The position numbers were made by a program, and so were the translations under genes. The notes beneath the pieces are model-generated. The model had not been told where the DNA came from and ran no database searches. It saw nothing but the letters and a program-made list of their open reading frames with translations. Shown here piece after piece: positions 28,661 to 42,150 of a stretch of 64,000 bases of DNA (the stretch's first letter is position 1; each line of letters opens with the position of its first letter). This DNA comes from Octopus vulgaris (taxonomy: Eukaryota), in NCBI GenBank assembly GCA_951406725.2, contig OX597820.1, positions 83,638,001 through 83,702,000 on the forward strand. Direction: 5' to 3'.

Positions 28661-29301
28661 ATTGAAAAATAAGATAAAATCTTTATAAGAATTTATCAAG
28701 TACTTACGTGAAAAACCTCATAAGTGACAAAATCCATCAATTATTCCTCTTAAATATATTTATTTATATTAAGGGCATTATTATACATAAATGCCTCACG
28801 CTAGGAGGAACTCTTAAAGTCAAAACTACTATATTAAAACACATTGTACAGAAAGCGAGCGAATGCAACTACTTGATAAATTCTTATAAAGATTTTGTCC
28901 TATTTTTCAATTGTAAATTTAGCCGGAATATATTCAGCGCTGAATTTTATTCTGGATAAACACGTGTACCGTGATGCAATTCGAAAAGCCTGCTTTTACA
29001 TAGATATATAAGTGTGAACGATTCTATAAACTATGCTGGATACATTTGTGTTAGTCTGGTATGTTGATATTTTGTCCATTTTTCTGTGTCCTGATTATGC
29101 TTGCACTGAGGATTAATTAGTGCATTTTGTGCACTAATTACGAATTTGTATGATAGGCAGCGGAATCTAGTTTTAAAAGGCTCGCTTCAAGAGTTGCATT
29201 CCCTCGTGTTCGGTACAATGCGTTTTATTATGGTAGTTTTGACGTTAAGAGTTCCTCCTAGCGTGAGGCATTTATGTATAGTGATGCCCTTAATATGAAT
29301 A
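28661..29301. repeat. Nested inverted repeats (probable PLE terminal-repeat remnants)
   Basis: 28661-28702 is inverted with 28870-28911, and 28763-28876 is inverted with 29187-29301. Confidence 0.75.
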
Positions 29302-29330
29302 ATATATATATATATATATATGTATATGTA

Positions 29331-29391
<61 letters not shown>

Positions 29392-29479
29392 TTACACTTT
29401 ATATATGTCATTCATTAGACTGCGCACAAGCTAGGACGCAGCATTGAATATTATTTATTCCAGTGAATCAACATAGTAA

Positions 29480-30002
29480 TTTTCTTTAAAACTGGTATTT
29501 ATTCAATTGAAGATTTTAGCCGAACCGCTACGTGACGAGAGATAAACACAGCAGCATCTGAAGCTGGGGTCAGGGACAAACAGCGTCACAAAAACACATA
29601 TACACAACAGCACATGCTAACACATACGTGGATGTGTTGTAAGAAGCTTGCTTCCCAACCCCTTGGTCCCTGGTATAGACCCATTACATTGCTCCATAAG
29701 GAAATATCTTCTTGTATAGCGTCGGGCCAATGGAAGCCTGTAGGTGGATTTGGCTGACGGAAACTGAAAGAAGGCCGTCGTACATACATACTGAGTTGTA
29801 TTCTTTTATACCCATGTTTATCACCCTACAATCGCTTAACGTCCCCGTAACACAGCAGTTCAGCAAAAGCACCCAATAGTGTAAGTAACAGGCTTACAGA
29901 TAATAAGCCCTGTGGGCAATTTTTGGAAATAAAACTATTTAGGGACGCGCTCCAGCATGTACTCAGGTAAATGACGGAAACAAGTAAAAGAATAAAAGAA
30001 TA
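29480..30002. mobile_element. Degraded SINE family A pieces (minus piece then plus copy)
   Basis: CCGAACCGCTA fragment, then GTAAGAAGCTTGCTTCCCAACC..GGATTTGGCTGACGGAAACTGAAAGAAG..CAAGTAAAAGAATAAAAGAA. Confidence 0.65.
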
Positions 30003-30414
30003 CACATATCAAATATCAGATGTGCTATTCATCAACCGTATCGTTGTGTTTTTTGCACATTCTGCATTTGGTGTTTTCATTATTTTGTTTTTATAATTGT
30101 TTGTAGTCAGGTTTTGGTCTTGTGCAGCGAGAATCAGTTCATCCTTTTAGGTTTTAGTCCAGAGCTTTTAAGCCATTGTTGGTTTTTATTTAGGCTCACT
30201 TTCTTGTCTGTCAAGCTCTGTATTGTACTGACCATGAAGTGATTTTCCTTTCCATTTCTTCTTCAGTGTCCTTTGTAATTCATGTCCATTTATGCTTTTC
30301 TGGATTTCTTCGTCTTATTATTATTATCATTATTTTTATGTAAGACAGTTTGATTCGCTTCCATACGACTTTTCGCAGGCCTCTAAGAGATGCCTGACAC
30401 TTTCAGGTTTTATT

Positions 30415-30534
<120 letters not shown>

Positions 30535-31190
30535 TGTACATATAATCCTTCGTATCTTTGATGGGTTGCAAAATGATATTTTAATATTGCGTTGTTGATA
30601 GTCTTTGTTATGTTTTGGAGATGCTTGCTAAAATGTATATTCAACTATACTAAAGATAATTAATGTTATCATCTATAAATATTATGGATACAAATATACA
30701 TCTATTATGAATAACATTAATTAAACCACAGTTGTAAATTTTCTCTTACAGACATATTGCACTTAAATGCATTGCATTAACAATAGTTATAGATGCAATC
30801 ATTTTGAGTCGCTACTTTGAGAGATTAAGTCCTGTATTAATTTCTACCTTAATTTGATGAATATCTATCTATACGTTGAATATTTATTATAAGAGATTTG
30901 TTACTTTGTCACACCCGATATATTTCTGTCATTAACACGCTACTCTCAGGTCAAAGATGCTTCAAATAATTATTTATAATTCAATCACGAGGGAATTCAA
31001 ACGAGAGAAGAAAACTATCCTAAAGACTATAGAAACGGGATGGGTAGAACGAGGAGCACAGAGAGTCTCGACTGGTTTTCATTTCTCCTTTGCGTTACTC
31101 ACTTTTGCCTGTCTTGAGGCTGCACGTCTTTTTTGATATATGTATTATCATTATTATTATTATTATTGTTATTATTATTATTGTTATTAT

Positions 31191-31427
31191 TCAGTAGTTT
31201 TATTTTTATAGCGTGCTTTCACTTCACTACCGAGCGCAGCTCTGTGTGCCTTGGGTATGTGCTGTGATTTGTTGTGATGCTCTGATGGTTATTGTATGGA
31301 AAGTGTTCTGCGTAGGATGTGTGCAGTGCCTAGTAGTGCAATTTTATGTATGTTATATGTGTTTGTAAGTCCTGGTGTTTTTGTTATGTATTTGGCTGAA
31401 TATTTTTTTGTTATGTATTTGTCTGAA

Positions 31428-31430
<3 letters not shown>
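31191..31430 (-). mobile_element. R4/Dong-type 3' fragment in (AAT)n, second copy
   Basis: Near-identical reverse complement of ~24125-24340, embedded between (TTA)n tracts. Confidence 0.88.
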
Positions 31431-31525
<95 letters not shown>

Positions 31526-32240
31526 TATTGTTGTCTTTGTCTGGCTGTAAGACTTTATCCTGTTAATTATTCTTTGTTCCTCGTCCCTCTACTACTGGTT
31601 TCATCTGGAGTCCAACTCGTTTGGTTTTGTTACGTTTTGGTTCCATTCCCGGCAAGTTTCTAGCCAGTATCTCCAAAGTGGAAACAATATTATCGATAAT
31701 GGCCGAAATTGATAAGACTGGAGTCAATAAAAAGAAAGAGTAGGTTTGGACATTTATGTTTTTAATCACTACTAGCGTGAAAGTGCTTGTTTATGTAACT
31801 ATTTCCCTGCGTTATGAGACATAGTTGAGCTTCCAGAGGCGATATGTAATTATTGTCGCTGTAAGTTGAAAATCCTCAGCTTCAAGAATATCCTATCTAT
31901 TTGTCGTGGCCGGAATTTAGTAGTAGTCGCTGAGATTATAATAGGTTTCAAACAAAGACTCAAAAGAAGAATCAATAAAACAGTCTTTGACATCAAGAAC
32001 ACTTCAGACACTGCTAATCAAACGGGATATCACAAAAGAAAAGGTCACCAAATAGCTACAAAAATAATAGTACTAATAATTCAGTGAATTCCCTTCCTCT
32101 CCCGTTCCCCCTATCCATGCGTGCGTGTGTCGGGTTGTATTTCTCTATATACGTGCTTGTTTCATTTCTACATATATATATATATATATAATGCGCGTCA
32201 GCGTATTTAATATGCATGAATGTATTTACTTACATAAGTA

Positions 32241-32462
32241 AATATAAATATAGTTTATATTTAAACACATAAGAAGCATCCATCATAAGATTCCTTGCAC
32301 TCTAGAGAGCTCAGTTAAATTCGAAACCAATATTAAGGATTTTTTCATTTACTTCGAAAGTTTTTCACTAATAGTGGTTTTGAATTTAACTGTCCTCTCT
32401 AGCGTGCAAGGAAACCTATGACGGATGCCTCTTATGTGTTTAAATGTAAACTGTATTTATAT
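32241..32462. repeat. Fold-back inverted repeat (~95-bp arms)
   Basis: 32241-32335 is the reverse complement of ~32367-32462 (..AAACACATAAGAAGCATCC..CCTTGCAC.CTAGAGAG..GTTAAATTCGAAACC). Confidence 0.8.
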
Positions 32463-32697
32463 GAATAATATATCGTCTATTGACAAAATTTTTACACGCT
32501 AGGCCACTGGTAATGGAAATTTCAAATATTTCTGATTAACCTTTGATATTATTAATTGCATAAGTAATTATATATATATAGATATGTGTGTGTGTGTGTA
32601 AATGTGCGTATGAAGACACGGCCATCTATGCGCGTACAGGTGCATGTATGTACATATATTTCTATATGTCTATATATGTGAGTGCGTGTTCATATCC

Positions 32698-32735
<38 letters not shown>

Positions 32736-33360
32736 TATTGACACCATTACCTCTCTCTCATAACATCTCTCTCTCTCTCTATCTATCTATCTATATATCT
32801 ATATATATATATATATATTGCTGTGTCTGGGGAGAGACATTCTGTTCTAATGCCGTATTAATTATTAATTAACACACTCATCGGTTCAGTTTCCACTCAT
32901 TTATTAATTTAAAGTTTCTTCCTAAAATTTTCGTCGCTTCTTGCAGCCATTTCAATAGTTTTTGAATCTGCCCGTTATCGGAGCTGCAGTCATTTTGCGT
33001 TTAATGTTTGTTAGCTTGTGCACATATGTGTACTTCATTGTGCATGTATATAAACATATGTATGAATGTAAGCATCTCTGTATGTATGCTTCCATATGGT
33101 TATGCATATATATACTGTACGTGTATGTAGGTTTTTATGTATGTATTCTGCATATTCATGTTTGTCTATCTGTATGTGTGTCTGTGAATAGTTGTGTGTG
33201 TAAATCTGTCCCCTTGTGTGTGTGTGTATATGGTCCCATATGGTCATGTGTTTCCGTCTCGTTTAGTGTATTTATGTGAGCGTGTGCTTGTCTATACTTA
33301 TTAGCTATGCACCTATCTACCTTATTCCTCACTCCTTTTACCTACATGCCCATTTTCCGA

Positions 33361-33394
<34 letters not shown>

Positions 33395-33400
<6 letters not shown>

Positions 33401-33547
33401 AAATTGACAGAAGAGCAAAAGATAAAGACAGGTGTATAAACAACAAGCAGGTTTATTAGTTTGACGCTCGGGAAGGTGAGAAAGTCTTTTACGCCTCGTT
33501 CCTACTCTCTTCAACAGAAATGAACGCGAAGAAATAAACACACAGAG

Positions 33548-33550
<3 letters not shown>
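33395..33550 (-). mobile_element. Solo PLE pseudo-LTR-like repeat
   Basis: Reverse strand CTGTTGAAGAGAGTAGGAACGAGGCGTAAAA..GAGCGTCAAACTAATA, similar to 5960-6190. Confidence 0.5.
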
Positions 33551-33599
<49 letters not shown>

Positions 33600-33669
33600 T
33601 AACCATAAGGATGCATACATATAGAGATGCATGCATACATACATATGTTTATACACATCGACCAGTGAC

Positions 33670-34750
33670 AAATGCATGGTATGTAAGATTAACTCTGGCA
33701 TCAACAGGTATAATGGTGCATAGTTTGTAAAAACAAGAACATGGCATACATTGATGTGACATCTAAAAGCATTTCAGAGAGATTCCATGCACTTTTGAGA
33801 AAATTTGATTACAACAAACAGACTTCCATATTCCAAAACATGCAAAAGACCGACTTGACATCCACATTTAATCCAAGCATTCGAAGGACGCAAAACGCAA
33901 ACATATAGAGGAGTACGCCCTCATAAATGAAACATGCCCGGTACTAAGTAGAGGAAACACTCAGAAGGTAAGGATACTCCAATAATGCACCATTATACCT
34001 GTTGATGCCAGTGTTAATCTCACATAACATGCAGTTGTCATTGGTCCACGTGATCTGATGAAGCTGCCTGGTTTTACAACAATGTTAAGTTTGAGTTTGC
34101 CCCTTGACAAAGCTGAGTTCTTGTGTACCGCATATTTATAAGCTATGAGTTTTATGAAATAGTAGTGGAGGAGTTGCACTCTCTTGTTCACATTCTCTAA
34201 CCAAAGTCAGTATCGTTGACAGGGAGTCTATTGTTAGGGTGTCTAGTGGAGTAATCTAAAGGTGCCTTGATACGTTGGTGGATAGAGTTAGTTACGTGCT
34301 GGAAGCTCTCCATGATGCTCCTCTCGGTTTTTACACAACGGTTACTAGAACATTAATATCATCTACATACCTACAGTAAAGAAAAACAGTTGTGGCTTGT
34401 TCTGTTTAAGTTTTCTGTCCCTCCAGGTCATGAAGAAGCTGACCACCTCTCCTTCCACACCGACACCAATGACTGCACGTCGAACATGCATGTATAGGTT
34501 CCTGTTAAACTTTACTCTGTGGTTCTTCAAGGTGTTTCTTATGCCTGCCTCTACTGCATGTGCAATTACTCTTTTCACCTGATTGTTGTTCTCAGGGCTC
34601 TGTGTAGTTATGGTCCAGCTACTCCATGGATAATCTGAAACTACATCCATACTACCCACTACACAACCTTGTGAGGTCGTTGGAGTGGTTGCAACTATTG
34701 ATTCTACTGAAGAGATCCTCCGTTTTAACAAAGACATCCGGGAACATTGA
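33670..34750. mobile_element. Rearranged Penelope-like element: RT on minus, GIY-YIG remnant on plus
   Basis: Minus strand: GSMDVVSDYP, NHRVKFNRNLY..AVIG..FFMTWRD, YVDDINV. Plus strand 33740-33960: AYIDVTSKSISERF (YIG.T...ER-like). A ~45-bp inverted duplication lies at 33680-33722 / 33985-34030. Confidence 0.65.
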
Positions 34751-36959
34751 AATGATTAGTCGTATCACCTGCGGGAGGAAGTAGGATAGCTTGCAATTGC
34801 TGGTCCATATGTATGTGTTTGTATGTGTGTATGTGTGTGTGTGTCTGTGTGTGTATGTGTGTATAATAATGATGAAATATATTAACAGGAAATGGAATAG
34901 TAAGATATCCGGAATCTATGTTATCATTCATCAGATTAGTTTTGTTACTCTATTTGCAAATGAGACTTTTATTGCTCTGAATGCAATTCATGTGTTTTTT
35001 AGGGAAATTGTTTTCAGTAAGTAGGCAAACATGAATGAGGAATACATGCTCTCTCGGAAAGACGCAGCAAAATGAAGGTACGGTGCAAGGAAAAAGAAAA
35101 TAAAAATTGAAAGAGAAACTAAATGGAAAACAAGAAAATAAACCTGAAGGAAATAGAACGGGAAAAGGTCAAGGGTGTATTCACGAGCAAAATGCTATGT
35201 AAATTAGACAAGCATGCGAATAACGTACATGTCATATTTTCTCCAAACAAGAAAAATCTAAGATTAATTACAAGAAAATGCTGAGCCGGGTTCTCAGGCA
35301 CGACACCGACATTATCGTGGACCAAGATGGAAACTCACAGCATAGTATGGAATTAATCAGCATAAAAAGACAAAGGAGAATTTTGAATATTGCAAAGCAA
35401 TGTAAGTTACAATCAATTCTCAAAGTGGTATTCAAATTAACTAATGTTTATTGTGGTTTAATGGACATAAGATATCGGCAGTGTACCGCTCTAGTTTTCA
35501 TGGAAGAAGAGACTGAAGTAAAAATCAGCTGAAACTTATTTTAGTATTTGCTGTAAGTTTGATTTAATGTGTAATCCAGAATTAAGTTTAACACTTTGCA
35601 AATGTTCATACTTTACGTATTCAACAATTCTCATCGAGTCTCACGTACCTTAGACGCATTATATTTCAACATACTTAACCAAATTTGTAGAAGAAATGTG
35701 ACATATCTGAAATTTTCTAGTTTCCAAAGCTGAGTCGGTAAATACATTACGTCACGGGCACCACCTATGACATCTGGGTTTTTTTTATAGACTAGAGCGC
35801 CAACCAATTATTATTTAAAAAAAATATATTCGAAGGAATCAAAAATCAAACAAACCTTTGCAATATTCTGGCAGATGCAAATATCACATGTGATACTGAT
35901 AGGAGTGGAAGATAATGCGTTTTCCAAAACACATTTGTAGACAGCTTGAGAAATATTCTAATAAATTACGAAGATGCCGTGGTTTTAGAAAGAAGATTTT
36001 AAAATTCAACATCACATCTAATATTTGATGTATTTAACTGCAATTTAATTTCAAGAGAATCCAATGTACTAATTTGTCCTGAAATATCAATATGTTTTAA
36101 ATAGAAGTGTGAGTAACCAATGTTGTGTTTTGGAAGACTTAATGGCCCATGTGAGCACATCTGAAGTCTAGAAAATATTTTTTGTCCAAACTCATTTTCT
36201 GTCTGTGATACAGGTAAACTGTAATATCTTTGATTTCACTAGATATTATTCATGCTCAACACATCACCAAAATAAAGAAAGACTCTCAAGTAATTTTTCT
36301 CTGAGACTCATGCTATTGAAATAATCATTGCAATGGTGGTTCGATACACGGTTCTCAACATTACTTACTATTTTCTGACCCTCATCAAATTTAAAGATTG
36401 AATTGACGTATAGAGTGTACTGATGTTCCCTCCAAATTTCCTTCTATTGTAAGAAGATTGTAAATTCTTGCAAGGTGTTACGGCAAATAAAATCAAATAC
36501 AAAATTCTGGATCCTGTATTTATATACGGGTAATTATACATTGCTCTCAGCAGAGTGAATGACTCCTAAAGTTGTATTTGTAGATGAAAGATTATTCACA
36601 TGCACAAATGTAAAACAGAACCTTGCCTAGTTTATCATAAAAGTTAATATACCAACCATAGAATATAAATAGATACCAAGTTTACAAGATAAGAAAGATA
36701 TTGTTTGTAAACTGAACGATTTTATGAGAAACATTGTGAAAAGACTACTTCAACAATAAGAGAATATATGTCAAAAATCCATAGTGATCCGCAGACTTAC
36801 GCAATAACAAACAGTTTTATCCAGGATAAACTCCGCCTCAAGCGTTACATCATATACATGTTTATCAAGTAAACTGCCAAGATTGGATTCGTTATCAATT
36901 TGGATCAAGTCAATCAAAAACCGTTAATATGGTCGACCACCAATGGCTTGTTCGCTGTA

Positions 36960-37560
36960 ATGAACATTGACATTTGTTCAGAGGTCAACGTAAATGGACA
37001 CCTATGAGAATCGTTTCAAATCGCACGTTCAGTTCGAAGAGACTGCCCATTCTTGCCTCTTCCGGAGGTACTTGCTCTCCAGCCATTCCTACGGAAGCTG
37101 GTTGTATTGAGGGACATCCCTTGATTGGTGATTTGTGTCAGTCATGTGAGACAAGGCCTCAGGAAACTTTGGACAACAGAGGAGATCAATCAGTTGGTGT
37201 TTCCCTGATGGGCCTAATGATTATTTTCCTGCAATCCCTGGCATCGTAGTGCTAACAAGGGTTTCTGCCTGTTCTACAGGAACGGAATTGCTGTGCGACC
37301 GACTTCTCCCTTAGTGGCTGACGATATGTGCCTCTCTGATCACGAGCAGAGGTACTTGGGAAGCATCATAGGCATGTGTCGAGAGAAATTCTTTGGCGCT
37401 TAAATGATTCAGCTTTGGAAATATGGGTATTTTATTCAACATCCTTAAACAAACCTTATTCAAGGACTTTTGAGCGGGAGGGGCAACTCGACCTGAAGAA
37501 AATTATAACTGGGTCCCACCTGCAAGATCATGCGGTGTTTATATTGATATAAAATCACTA
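36960..37560 (-). mobile_element. Interspersed repeat, possibly LINE (RTE-like) 5' region
   Basis: GC-richer block resembling a common repeat. The weak resemblance to an APE N-terminus at its downstream end is not diagnostic. Confidence 0.3.
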
Positions 37561-37722
37561 TGTGTGTTGATATTGTTTTGATGTATATGCCTCATGTAAC
37601 CTTATCAGACAGGTTGTCATGATGTCTATTTTCGTATATTTTACCCCAGTGTCACTTTGATTGCATGCACTGCTCTCCCAACACCATGAACAACAATGAT
37701 GATGATGATGATGATGATGATG

Positions 37723-37756
<34 letters not shown>

Positions 37757-37790
37757 TAATATTGATAATAATAATAATAATAATAATAAT

Positions 37791-37830
<40 letters not shown>

Positions 37831-37840
37831 GTAATAATAA

Positions 37841-37871
<31 letters not shown>

Positions 37872-38049
37872 ACATGCTGCTCATGTATTTTAATTTAACT
37901 TAAAAAAAAAAATTAAAAAAATTAACGAACTACTGAGTTTGGTTTAATGGCCTACCAATATACACTATGAGTTTCTTTGCCCTAGGAGTCGGGAAGACAC
38001 TCGGCAAGAAATGGAAGAAAATTTGAAAGAAGAAAAAAAAAGGAATAAT

Positions 38050-39790
38050 AATAATAATAATAATAAGGCACTATTGGTGGTAATAAACGAGGATCAATGC
38101 TGTAATTGAAACTTGAAGGAACATGCTAATGAGAATAATGGCTGAAAATTAAAGAAATCAGTATGAATGAGTGCGATAGTCTCCTAAACATTCGCAATTC
38201 TAACCAAAACTTGAAAATAATTGGTAAAATCCGCCTTGAACTTAAAGATATAATTTCAGCAAATGATGTTGTTATTACAGATCTCACACAACCGTGCCAT
38301 GCATCGGAAAAAATCTCAACGATTTTTATGTGGTGAGAAGATTAGAAAACGACAACATTCCTACAAAAGCCTTCTTTGTTCAACACCAAATTAAGTTACT
38401 TAGGTCTGACATGGAATGTTTGAAAAGCCTTAAGTTTGACACGACTCTCAAATCTACAAAAAACACGAAAATTAAAGAAAGATTATAATATGAAAACCAT
38501 ATTTGACTTTGATACCACCATAGAAACCACCACGCAAAAGATATGTGCTAAAGCTGCAAGCGTAGTAATGTATGAAAAACTCGTTAGATTCTTGAAGGAC
38601 AGCAACATGTTCAAAAATAACATTAAAACTTTTTACAGGAAGATAGGAAAAATACCAGTTACAGTAAAATCTGTACCATCAAAAGAAGTACGGGTATTTT
38701 CGAATACCATAAGAAAAAGCACACAATGAAAATGCCTCTTGGATTGATGGTAGGAGCAAAAGTGGGAAAGTATGAAGGTTTGTTCTCAAGAGGTCAAACA
38801 AAAGGAAGTCTCCAGTAAAGGATAAATTTCCTAACTTTTGGTTGAATGCCTTCTCAGAGAGCCATGAACAACTAACAAAACTTTACAACGATGTTTTGCA
38901 ACATATGATCCCCTCTTGATTAACAGGTGATCAAGCGCTAATGCGAGTGAAGAACAAGAATGAAATACAAAGAGAGCACATTAGAGATATTGAAGTGAAA
39001 TTTTGGAGAGCCACCGAACAAAATCCCAGGCTCGATTTAAAAAGGGGCAATTATTAAAAGAAATAAGCATAATTTTAGCAGTCTAAGATAAAGCGATAAA
39101 AGAAGCAATATAAGAAAGAAGATATATGGAGAGCAAGTGTCAGAATAATGTAGAGCCTGCGGAACTTGGAACGAGACTGACTCACCTTGTGGAAGAATGT
39201 CCAAATTTGGCACAGCAAAAATATAAGAAATGGTTGCAATACCATGTAATATTTTACACTGGAAACTGTGCTAGAAATAGGGATTTGAAGCTGGAAACAC
39301 AGTAGAATCACCGAATCGAAAGAGTATTGGAGTCGGAGAAATGTGAGATTTTGTGGGACTTTCCTACTCAACCTGACAATAAGTTAGAAAATAATTGAGC
39401 GGACATAACAATTACAGATCAGGAAAAACGAAGTTATTTATTTGTCGACCGATCATGCCCGTTTGATTCTAGGATCGTAAAGAAAGAGGAAGAAAAACAA
39501 AGAAATTACAATCCCATAAAATTTAAAAGGAAGAATTTGGAGCATAAGAACAGTAAAATTCGTGTCTATAATAATTGGTGCGTTGGGAACAGTAAGTAAA
39601 TATATTAACAAATGGTTGAAGGAAATTGAAAGAGAATGCCTGATAGAGACCCTAGAAAAGTTTGTCTCTTAGCAACAGCAAGGATTATCAGAAGGGTTCT
39701 AAGAACTTGAAAGATAGCTGAAAATTTGTGGATACTTACGGATATAGGTAGTAACTCGCTACCGACATAGCTCCTATCAGGAATAAGGCG
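38050..39790 (+). mobile_element. Old, internally deleted R4/Dong-type RLE element
   Basis: RYEK...NMFKNNIKTFYR-like region, NFWLNAF, then EILWDF, ADITITDQEKR..FVDRSCPFD, KKEEEK..Y, IIIGALGTV and LATARIIRRVL. Begins after (AAT)n. Confidence 0.78.
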
Positions 39791-40484
39791 TGAGAATGAT
39801 CACGCTCCAACTTACAAAGCGTTTTGATGTGAGATAACGATTTGCTGCGATTTTATAAATGCTGGAAGTTGTTTAATACTAGAAGTATATCATTACTGAA
39901 CTAATGATATATGTTATTCTAGTGTGGAACTCATGAATGGTGGAGGGAGTGGTGGATGCATTGGTTACACTATGAGCGATATGAAAGAGAAACAGACAAG
40001 AGTAATACTTCAGTGAATACTCATTGTCTGTTAATGCGTGGGTATATTATTAAATGAAATATATTACGTCAATTAAATTGGAGTGTCGTCATTTGTATAC
40101 GCGGGTAAGCATATACACAACTCAATTGTGTTAAGTTTGGAAGATATTTGAATATATTTACATATGCATTGTTTGTATAATTTAATAGTCCATATGATGC
40201 ACTGTGTTTTCTTAAGACATTTGTTGACGTTTTATTATACACCATCTGTTCTAAATTGAATATTGATTGCAAACTTAAGCTCTAGGCTATACAATTTGTG
40301 AAAATATATAGCCGATTATATTGACGGTAACACATGGCCGATGCGATATTTCTCAGGCAAAATAAGAACAGAAGACTATGATATGAATATCAATATAAAA
40401 TCGCATATCTAAATAGCGCAAGGTATATCACCAACTGCTCTACGGATTGAACACGATCACTGCCTAGTTTCGCATATGTCAATC

Positions 40485-40853
40485 CATATTCTTTTCTACT
40501 CTAGGCATAAGACCCGAAACTCTGGGCGAGGAGGCCAGTCGATTAGATTGACTCCAGAACGCAAATGATACTTAATTTATCGACTCCCAAAGGGTGAAAG
40601 GAAAAGCCGATCTCGGGGGAATTTGAAGTGGGAACGAAAAGACAGGCGAAATACCTATTCCTATTTCTTTACTACCCACAAGGGGCTAAACACAGAGAGG
40701 ACAAACAAGGACAGACAAACGGATTAAGTCGATTATATCAACCCTAGTGCGTAACTGGTACTTATTTAATCGAGCCCGAAAAGATGAAAGGCAAAGTCGA
40801 CCGTGAAAGTGACGGCGAATGAAGAATGATCAATAGCGAATTATTGAGGTGAG

Positions 40854-40885
<32 letters not shown>

Positions 40886-41180
40886 CGCTGAGTGGGAGTA
40901 GCCGAATATCAAGACATGTAACATGAACAAATACAATGACGACTATCAAAAATAAAAATAAAAGTATTCGATAATTTACAATGGGTGATGAAAGGAGTAC
41001 ATTTGAATATATGAGGACAAACAAGGACAGGCAAGCGGATTAAGTCGATTATATCAACCCCAGTGCGTAACTTGTACTTATTTAATCGACCCCGAAAGGA
41101 TGAAAGGCGAAGTCGAACTCGGCGGAATTTGAACTCAGAACTCAAAACTCAGGCGAAATACAGCTAAGCATTCCGCCATA
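40485..41180 (-). mobile_element. Cluster of partial tRNA-derived SINE copies (family B)
   Basis: Three partial copies of the TAAGTCGATTATATCAACCCCAGTGCGTAACTGGTACTTATTTAATCGACCCCGAAAGG core. Confidence 0.8.
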
Positions 41181-41237
41181 CATATGTCGACCCATATTGT
41201 AAGAATTAGGTCGTCGAAGGGAGGTATATATATATAC

Positions 41238-41290
<53 letters not shown>

Positions 41291-41325
41291 TTCTCCGTTT
41301 GCGAAGTCTACTACGTAGTTTACAA

Positions 41326-41347
41326 GGTTAGGGTTAGGGTTAGGGTT
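41326..41347 (+). repeat. Interstitial telomeric repeat (TTAGGG)3
   Basis: GGTTAGGGTTAGGGTTAGGGTT seen directly. Confidence 0.85.
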
Positions 41348-41520
41348 GAATCTGGGCGGTCATGTTATTTGTAAATAACAACATGACTGCTCAATCTCAA
41401 GATCTTTAGCAAGATAACACTTTATGTATGAATATACCTGATGTGACCCATACAGTGAAATTGATACAACACAACATGAAGCATAGAATCCCACTCTCAA
41501 AGGAGATTAGCAGGATTACC
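41348..41520. repeat. Partial copy of the 45.5-kb palindromic repeat
   Basis: Matches 45488-45652 (GAATCTGGGCGG..GTTATTTGTAAATAAC..CCTGATGTGACCC). Confidence 0.8.
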
Positions 41521-41917
41521 TTGATACTGTGTGGACTTGATAATGAATTTCCAGTGGATAGGACACTCAGTTAACAATAATGTGTTAAATATTTATAGTA
41601 TGCAAATTAGTTGCTCCGGTTCTTTTAAGCTACTAGATTTGTTGTATACAGAAACAAATTGGTTATTAGTTTGTCTTGGATGGCAGATGTGATGTTGAGA
41701 ACACAATAAGTTTCGAAAACCGATTGGGTCTGTTGTCATTTTCTATACTAGGGAGAAGTAAAGTTTTCTCTGTTTGTATGTACCTTACACAGGTGTGTGT
41801 GTGTGTATGTCTCCATTCTTATAACAAAAATTCTGCACAGTTTCCATTTACCAATGATCCATCTCCTGATATTTCCCTTGTCGAATGTATTTCAATGTGG
41901 GTTCAAAGACAATATAT

Positions 41918-42150
41918 CTATTTCGTTACTACCCACAAGGGGCTAAACACAGAGAGGACAAACAAGGACACACAAACGGATTAAGTCGATTATATCAACC
42001 CCAGTGCGTAACTGGTACTTATTTAATCGACCCCGAAAGGATCAAAGGCAAAGTCGACCTCAGTGGAATTTGAACTCAGAACGTAACGGCAGACGAAATA
42101 CGGCTATGTATTTCGCCCGGCGTGCTAAAGTTTCTGCCAGCTCGCCGCCT
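41918..42150 (-). mobile_element. tRNA-derived SINE (family B), full length
   Basis: Reverse strand GGCGGCGAGCTGGCAGAAACTTTAGCACG (A box)...GAGTTCAAATTCC (B box), then core and tail. Confidence 0.85.

Noticed and set aside
35400-36900. Microsatellite-free block that might be a decayed coding element
   Set aside because: No identifiable protein motif in any frame by eye.
40485-42150. Repeated ~100-bp units as a CRISPR-like array
   Set aside because: Irregular spacing and SINE A/B boxes, in a eukaryotic context with no cas genes.
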